Shown: one piece after another, positions 60,501 through 64,000 of the stretch | Layout of the letters: each line of letters opens with the position of its first letter | Numbering within the stretch: the first letter of the stretch is position 1 | Assembly (NCBI GenBank): GCA_013239625.1 | Contig: MU053933.1 | Location: 3,588,470 to 3,652,469 of the forward strand | Direction of reading: 5' to 3' | Length of the DNA stretch: 64,000 nucleotides | Origin: Lama guanicoe | Taxonomy: Eukaryota | Notes under the pieces: model-generated | Database searches by the model: none | The model's input: only the letters and a program-made list of their open reading frames with translations | Told to the model about the DNA's origin: nothing | Program-made: the position numbers and the translations under genes

Positions 60501-63500
60501 CCATGCAGTCCAGGGAAGGAGGGACAGAGCCTCACACGGAGAGCCCAGTCCTGGCCAGCAGGCCAGCAGGCCCGCCTGGCATCCATGAGTGCTGTTCGGG
60601 GGCCTGGCCCCCTCCCTGCCCCCACCCCCGTGTTTCCCGCTGAAGCCCCACTTGGTCAGGGCAGCATGGCTCCACCCTCTACCCTGGGCCCTGCTGACCC
60701 ACCTCTGTTGTGGCTGCAGCGTCTACTCAGGACACCAGTCGGTGCTGGTGCCCCCGCCAGAGCTGGAGAGCAACGTGTCCCTGTGGCTGTGGGCCGTCAG
60801 CCAGTACAGGGCCCGCGTCACTTTCTGCTCCTACTCCGTGATGGAGATGTGCGCCCGGGGCCTGGGCGCGCAAACAGCTGTGCTCAGGGTAAGCACCGGA
60901 GGAGACCCGGGCCCTCCAGCCATGGGCTGGAACGGAAACCTACCCCGTGCTGTGCGCCCCCTCTCCGCCCCCTGCGCATGATGGGGTCTTTGAGGTTTCA
61001 GGGCTGAGAGGGAGGGGGCAAGAGGGTGGGGTCAGTGGCAGCGCAGAAGGCAGGTGTGGGTGCAGAGCTGGGGTGCCCCCTGGTGCTTCCTACTTGGAAT
61101 TTTGCGGCCTGGAGGCAGCGGGTTGGTGTGGCTCTGCTTTGGTGCTCAGAGCCCGGTGGCATGCATACAGTCGGGCCCCTCAGTTCCTAAGGCCATTCCT
61201 CCCGCAGACGAAGGGTGTGGACCTGTCCTGTGTGCGTACCTGCATGGTGGTGGCCGAGGAGCGGCCTCGGATCGCGCTCACGCAGTCCTTCTCCAAGCTG
61301 TTCAGGGACCTGGGCCTGCCTGCTCGCGCCGTGAGCACCACATTCGGCTGCAGGGTCAACGTGGCCATCTGCCTCCAGGTAGGGCGGGGCCCGGGGTGTC
61401 CGCGTGCCAGGCTTTTCTGTCCTCCGAGCCTGTGATGTTGTGTTTTCCAAATGGCAGTTTAGCCTCCAGAGCTGAGTGTTTTACAGAGTCTTTCCTCCTT
61501 GAGAAATAAAGGCTTATTTGGAAAAAAGCACAAACTGCTTTTGAACAGTAACTGTTGTCTTACCTGGAAGAATTTCTAAGTTGGATACAGTACACAGTGA
61601 TTTTCTAATGCAAGAGTGAACTTACTGTTTCAAGACATTTAGCAATTCTAAATGGAAACGCTGTAAGTAGTGTGATCATTTGTATTGCCCCAAGTTTGTT
61701 TTTGAAACATTAGGTATTTTACTTATTAAAAGGAAACATGGTGTCAGAAACCAAACAGCTAACTACGGTGCAGTGCTAGTTACCGCTTCTTCAGGTGACC
61801 AGCTGTCCTCCGGCCTTTATGCCAGTGTCTCAGTCCCACTTCTTTCTAAGACAAGTTGAACTCCTGGCGCACGTGCCGGAGGTCGTTGGGAGGAAAGGGG
61901 ACCAGGGCAGGAACCAGAGCAGGCCTGGGCGCTCTCTGTCGTCCCCAAGCCCCTGTCCTGCGCCAGCACCTGCTGTTTCCTGGTGTTCCAGCGATGTCCT
62001 CTCCACCGTGGATACGGCTGACCCTTGCTGAGTGGTGGGAGGTGGTGGGGTGGTTCTCTCTAAGGTCCCTCCTGGCGTGGAAAGTGTGACTGAGTCTTGA
62101 CTGTTGACATGTGGTGAGTGGCTGTGAGTGCAGACCTGCCTGTCCGCTCAGCACCTAAAAGCCTGTGCCCTCCTTCCTGGAAGCTCACAGGCGTCTCTGC
62201 TGCTTGTCAGCACGTGGGAGGCGGCGCCCACGGCACGAGTGTCACTGGGACGTTCTCGTTTGCGTTTCAAGATGCAGTGACGCACTTTGCTCTCTCTTAG
62301 CCGTGTTCTCACGTCCTGTTGCTCTGTTTGTGTTTCCCGTGGCTCCTCCCTGTCTCACTCGCTCTCGTTCTCGCTGGCCTCCTTTGTCTCTGTCAGCCCA
62401 ACAGGCTGGGAAAGCTGGCTGAGCAGGTACGACTTGACCTTGACCTTGACCTCGAGGGGCCTCTGGGCTTCCCGAGAGTTCATGGGCTCTCCAAATTAAT
62501 GTGTTTCTTTTGCTGTCTGGCTTTGCGCACAGTGGGTATTATTTGACAGGTTACAAAAGCTTCTTTGTAACCAAATTTAAGAGCAAAACTATTTTCAGAA
62601 GCATTTGACATCCATAACGTTGCCTCTAGGAAGGGCTGTGTTTAGTCTCAGTGAAGAAATGTTTGTTTTAACTCCAGGGCAGACATAGGTTACATTGTCT
62701 GGGACCTTCAGAAATGCTGTTGGGCAGAGTGACCATTTAATTTACTGTCCCTTATCTAAGGAAAAGGAACATAATGTCCTTTAATCAGGATCAGCATCAG
62801 GTGAGAGGAGAGAGTGAGGACATCGCTCCAGCCAGTGCCAGCAGGTCCTACAGGGCCCGCCCTGGGTAGGATTAGGCTGGAGAGAGCCCAGCTCGGTGGG
62901 AGCGCCCAGACCCGAGTGGTGTTTTCCTAGCAGCCGGTGGGAAAGGGCGCTGTTGGGACTGACATGTGACCTTGTACAACTAGACACCTTTGTTCAGTGT
63001 TACTGGGGTCTCCCTCCCACTCATCCCCTGGTTGATGTTTGGACGGAGGGCAGACCCCCTCCCTGGGCCGTGCCCACGTGGATGCAGGTGCTCCAGATAC
63101 GGGCGAGAGCGGCCCCAGGTGGACGTTCCTCTGCTGCTCCCCTGCAGGGCACGGCCGGTCCCGACCCCACGACCGTCTACGTGGACATGAGGGCACTGCG
63201 CCACGACAGGTAATGCCCAGCTGGTGGAGAGCCTCCCTCTCCCCGTGTTCTTCATCGGCACCCTCACAACCAGGGGCGCTCACAGTGACCCAGCGTTTGG
63301 CATTTGGCTTTTTCTGGGGTGGAGGACAGGTGAGCCCACTACGGGGCTTGTTGACACACTCCTGTCTGGAGGCAGGACGTGGGCTTTCCATCAGAAATGT
63401 GGCCTGGGGGCCTGTGTCTTCCCAGCTTCAGGGCTGGGAACCGGTTCCCGGCCCCCAAACGTGGCCATGCTGCAGCTCGAGGGAAGCGGTGGCGGAGATT

Positions 63501-63790
63501 CAGGGGGGCGAGGAGAGAGGGCCCAGGGCGAGGGCCGAGGAAACGTGAAGCCAGCTCCTGCCGGCACCTGAAGTCACTGTTCCAAAGCCACAGCAAGGCT
63601 GTGGTCACTTGGCTGTTGTCAACAGACCTGCCGTCATGTGATAATTCCTGATCAGCTGATGAGGTGCCTTTTCGGAGATTGTTGCCTGGACAATAAATTT
63701 GATTCTGAAATCTTCCCCCTGTTAATTTTTAGGGTACGTTTGGTGGAACGAGGTTCTCCGCATAGTCTGCCATTGACAGAGTCTGGAAAG
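3396..63790 (+). CDS. DIP2A: DIP2A, partial multi-exon CDS (32 exons, 3890 nt; 5' and 3' ends outside the window)
   Basis: Exons join in phase without stops. DIP2A-type peptides include [69 protein letters not shown] and [18 protein letters not shown]. Confidence 0.97.
4560..4771 (-). mobile_element. Old L1M fragment (host of the younger L1), resuming at ~6804
   Basis: AAGAAATCTTTGCCAAACCCAAGGTCACAAAGAT is typical antisense L1M ORF2. Similar text occurs at ~17585 and ~23060. Confidence 0.6.
4772..6803 (+). mobile_element. LINE-1 ORF2 internal fragment (reverse transcriptase region), inactive
   Basis: Translates to [29 protein letters not shown] and [10 protein letters not shown]. Contains several stops and frameshifts, and has no 3' UTR or poly-A. 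Confidence 0.95.
7147..7167 (-). repeat. Short interstitial telomeric repeat (TTAGGG)~3.5
   Basis: + strand CCTAACCCTAACCCTAACCCT. Confidence 0.75.
7363..8433 (-). mobile_element. LINE-1 3' end (ORF2 C-terminus, 3' UTR, poly-A)
   Basis: Minus-strand ORF ...[16 protein letters not shown]...[14 protein letters not shown]...WYIYTME, with a T-tract at 7362-7383. Confidence 0.95.
8434..9068 (+). mobile_element. Inverted 5' segment of the same L1 insertion (end of endonuclease domain / Z region)
   Basis: Encodes [31 protein letters not shown] and [10 protein letters not shown] candidate TSD TCTGGGAAT lies at 7354-7362 and 9069-9077. Confidence 0.85.
11051..11170 (+). CDS. DIP2A: DIP2A exon (~4): [27 protein letters not shown]...TPP
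   Basis: tgcag|AT...CCAG|gtacgg, 120 nt. Confidence 0.95.
12322..12531 (+). CDS. DIP2A: DIP2A exon (~5): [13 protein letters not shown]...[17 protein letters not shown]...AHARI
   Basis: cacag|AC...ATAG|gtcagt, 210 nt. Confidence 0.92.
   Translation, partial: THHPPQKTRALCGNPGNWPPLHSRAAPASSPGSTRSFRAHPPHPLHPPPHLTREGSPLPHPQAPWPTPA
15754..15888 (+). CDS. DIP2A: DIP2A exon (~6): [14 protein letters not shown]...LETAG
   Basis: aagcag|AT...GGAG|gtaagc, 135 nt; alternative acceptor at 15751. Confidence 0.92.
16585..18720 (-). mobile_element. Decayed old L1M element(s)
   Basis: Antisense L1 3' UTR and ORF2 phrases throughout (e.g. CTTTTCATGTGCTTATTTGCCATCCGTGTATCTTT, CCTAACCCAAGGTCATAAAG). Confidence 0.75.
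18726..19732. repeat. Long inverted repeat: arms 18726-18879 and 19578-19732, ~700-bp spacer
   Basis: Manual comparison gives about 6 substitutions and 1 indel over ~155 bp. The ORF track shows the same peptide on both strands ([16 protein letters not shown]...[20 protein letters not shown]). Confidence 0.95.
19900..20262. mobile_element. Probable hAT-Charlie DNA transposon remnant
   Basis: Ends in GGGTCTCAAGCACCCCCAGGGGCCCCTGGATCACTTTGAAAACAGCT, which resembles Charlie1-type termini (from memory). Confidence 0.45.
20454..20573 (+). CDS. DIP2A: DIP2A exon (~7): [40 protein letters not shown]
   Basis: gacag|GT...GAAG|gtgagc, 120 nt. Confidence 0.96.
21710..21907 (+). CDS. DIP2A: DIP2A exon (~8): [13 protein letters not shown]...GKAVCTLTY, ends at a GC donor
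   Basis: ttgcag|TG...TACG|gcaagt, 198 nt. Confidence 0.92.
22060..24250 (-). mobile_element. Decayed old L1M element(s)
   Basis: Antisense L1 phrases; minus ORF 23310-23510 resembles ORF2 (FNAVPINI...[10 protein letters not shown]). Confidence 0.7.
25032..25209 (-). mobile_element. tRNA-derived SINE, camelid vic-1-like
   Basis: Reverse complement reads GAGCTTAGTGGTAGAGTGTATGCTTAGCATGCACAAGGTCCTGGGTACAATCCCCAGTACCTCC (A/B boxes), then an AT-rich tail and AAACCTAATTACCTCCCCCC. TSD CCATAAC/TTTCTT at 25020-25031 and 25210-25221. Confidence 0.85.
25790..27600 (-). mobile_element. Highly decayed L1M fragments
   Basis: Phrases such as TTGTGGTGCTGATTTGCATTTTCCTGATGATTAAG and CATCTGTGAATAATGACAGTTTTG. 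Boundaries approximate. Confidence 0.55.
28488..28579 (+). CDS. DIP2A: DIP2A exon (~9): [31 protein letters not shown] (missed by the ORF track)
   Basis: tttag|GC...AGA|gtaagt, 92 nt. Confidence 0.95.
31726..31836 (+). CDS. DIP2A: DIP2A exon (~10): [37 protein letters not shown]
   Basis: tgtag|GTG...AAG|gtagtt, 111 nt. Confidence 0.95.
32969..33092 (+). CDS. DIP2A: DIP2A exon (~11): [15 protein letters not shown]...GEVATFK
   Basis: cgtag|GAT...AAAG|gtgggc, 124 nt. Confidence 0.95.
33409..33518 (+). CDS. DIP2A: DIP2A exon (~12): [15 protein letters not shown]...GPAYIE
   Basis: tgcag|GC...GAG|gtagga, 110 nt. Confidence 0.95.
33882..33984 (+). CDS. DIP2A: DIP2A exon (~13): [34 protein letters not shown]
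   Basis: ttcag|TAT...GAAG|gtaagg, 103 nt. Confidence 0.95.
35319..35383 (+). CDS. DIP2A: DIP2A exon (~14): [22 protein letters not shown]
   Basis: ttcag|CT...ACA|gtgagt, 65 nt. Confidence 0.95.
35575..35668 (+). CDS. DIP2A: DIP2A exon (~15): [31 protein letters not shown]
   Basis: tgcag|AGC...AAAG|gtaaca, 94 nt. Confidence 0.95.
36693..36812 (+). CDS. DIP2A: DIP2A exon (~16): [16 protein letters not shown]...IVADGANP
   Basis: tgcag|CT...CCCT|gtgagt, 120 nt. Confidence 0.95.
38132..38246 (+). CDS. DIP2A: DIP2A exon (~17): [38 protein letters not shown]
   Basis: cgcag|GG...GCAG|gtagct, 115 nt. Confidence 0.95.
39397..39536 (+). CDS. DIP2A: DIP2A exon (~18): [19 protein letters not shown]...VGQVMPG
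   Basis: tccag|G...GGAG|gtaagg, 140 nt. Confidence 0.95.
40749..41212. repeat. Compound GT-rich minisatellite with a ~100-bp higher-order duplication
   Basis: Units resemble (GT)nGCACGTGGTCCCCTGGG. Segments ~40886-40982 and ~40983-41083 are near-identical. Confidence 0.92.
42207..42343 (+). CDS. DIP2A: DIP2A exon (~19): [25 protein letters not shown]...KNVFE
   Basis: tctag|CT...GAG|gtccgt, 137 nt. Confidence 0.95.
42812..42892 (+). CDS. DIP2A: DIP2A exon (~20): [27 protein letters not shown]
   Basis: tgcag|ACG...CCT|gtgagt, 81 nt. Confidence 0.95.
43289..43416 (+). CDS. DIP2A: DIP2A exon (~21): [25 protein letters not shown]...FVYRG (missed by the ORF track)
   Basis: ctcag|GAT...GCAG|gtgatg, 128 nt. 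Confidence 0.95.
45316..45430 (+). CDS. DIP2A: DIP2A exon (~22): [38 protein letters not shown]
   Basis: cccag|G...CAG|gtgcga, 115 nt. Confidence 0.95.
46410..48148 (-). mobile_element. LINE-1 3' portion (ORF2 C-terminal half and 3' UTR), inactive
   Basis: Minus ORFs include [15 protein letters not shown] and [13 protein letters not shown]. Confidence 0.9.
47876..47940. repeat. Triple tandem duplication of TTTGATTACTGTAG(C/T)TTT inside the L1
   Basis: Three copies with a period of 22-23 bp. Confidence 0.85.
48149..48465 (+). mobile_element. LINE-1 ORF2 fragment in opposite orientation, abutting the previous L1
   Basis: [17 protein letters not shown]...[11 protein letters not shown]...FFTELEQ. 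Confidence 0.88.
49498..49527. repeat. (TG)n microsatellite
   Basis: Visible directly, with one TC interruption. Confidence 0.9.
49692..49893 (+). CDS. DIP2A: DIP2A exon (~23): [28 protein letters not shown]...KPRQKQP
   Basis: tacag|GCC...CCAG|gttagt, 202 nt. Confidence 0.96.
50673..50782 (+). CDS. DIP2A: DIP2A exon (~24): [23 protein letters not shown]...DQARK
   Basis: tctag|AG...AAG|gtaagg, 110 nt. Confidence 0.93.
50865..50945 (+). CDS. DIP2A: DIP2A exon (~25): [27 protein letters not shown]
   Basis: cgcag|TTC...AAG|gtgagg, 81 nt; preceded by an 82-nt intron. Confidence 0.95.
53264..53387 (+). CDS. DIP2A: DIP2A exon (~26): [23 protein letters not shown]...VALVYPP
   Basis: cccag|GGC...CCAG|gtaagc, 124 nt. 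Confidence 0.95.
58011..58132 (+). CDS. DIP2A: DIP2A exon (~27): [29 protein letters not shown]...MIVE
   Basis: cccag|GG...GAG|gtgggc, 122 nt. Confidence 0.95.
58236..58347 (+). CDS. DIP2A: DIP2A exon (~28): [11 protein letters not shown]...RTWPTILDT
   Basis: tgcag|GTC...ACAG|gtgtgc, 112 nt. Confidence 0.95.
59507..59616 (+). CDS. DIP2A: DIP2A exon (~29): DDIPKKK...[18 protein letters not shown]
   Basis: gacag|AT...AAG|gtgggc, 110 nt. Confidence 0.95.
60086..60216 (+). CDS. DIP2A: DIP2A exon (~30): [43 protein letters not shown]
   Basis: tctag|ATG...GCAG|gtgagt, 131 nt. Confidence 0.96.
60720..60888 (+). CDS. DIP2A: DIP2A exon (~31): [12 protein letters not shown]...[10 protein letters not shown]
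   Basis: tgcag|C...AGG|gtaagc, 169 nt. Confidence 0.95.
61208..61378 (+). CDS. DIP2A: DIP2A exon (~32): [21 protein letters not shown]...[10 protein letters not shown]
   Basis: cgcag|ACG...CAG|gtaggg, 171 nt. Confidence 0.96.
62397..62426 (+). CDS. DIP2A: Putative alternative 30-nt cassette microexon [10 protein letters not shown]
   Basis: A ~110-nt pyrimidine tract precedes tgtcag|CCC AAC AGG CTG GGA AAG CTG GCT GAG CAG|gtacga. Phase 0-0 matches both flanking exons. Confidence 0.75.
63148..63209 (+). CDS. DIP2A: DIP2A exon (~33): [20 protein letters not shown]
   Basis: tgcag|GGC...ACAG|gtaatg, 62 nt. Confidence 0.96.
63733..63790 (+). CDS. DIP2A: DIP2A exon (~34): [19 protein letters not shown]
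   Basis: tttag|G...AAG|gtatga, 58 nt. Confidence 0.95.
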
Positions 63791-64000
63791 GTATGAGGGG
63801 ACTTGCCTCCGTATGTGTTTTGAGTTCTTTCTGTCTTATGTGGTCCCTGGGAGGCGCTCGAGATGAGCGCAGGCGCCCGCGATGAGCAGCAGGCGCCCGG
63901 GGTCTGGGCTGGGCTGACGCAGAGGCCCCCCACCCCACGCTCCAGGCCTGGCGGGGAGGACTGCAGGTGCACAGACCCAGCGGGGCCAGGAAGAACTCAG

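Noticed and set aside
63862..63900. Short tandem duplication GATGAGC(A)GCAGGCGCCCG
   Set aside because: Only two copies in an intron, with no functional cue.

Overview
Mammalian genomic DNA, most likely camelid (it carries a vic-1-like tRNA-derived SINE). The whole window lies inside one + strand gene, DIP2A (disco-interacting protein 2 homolog A). I traced 32 consecutive coding exons (3396-63790; exons 3-34 if numbered as in human) by splice sites and phase. They join into an uninterrupted 3890-nt frame encoding the end of the N-terminal DMAP1-binding region, the Ser-rich linker, the first fatty-acyl-AMP-ligase-like (adenylate-forming) domain and most of the second. The start and stop codons lie outside the window. 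Introns are filled with decayed LINE-1, one SINE, probable MaLR LTR and hAT fragments, and a GT-rich minisatellite. Nearly all ORFs in the supplied track are spurious or L1 debris. I found no new multi-gene system. The most interesting signals are: a required GC-AG intron, a 30-nt in-frame cassette microexon ([10 protein letters not shown]), a candidate poison exon, a ~155-bp ~95%-identical inverted repeat inside ancient L1 sequence, a short interstitial telomeric tract at a repeat breakpoint, unusual L1 insertion architectures, and an apparent GC-biased amino-acid drift. Comparisons with human DIP2A and repeat subfamily names come from memory and need checking.
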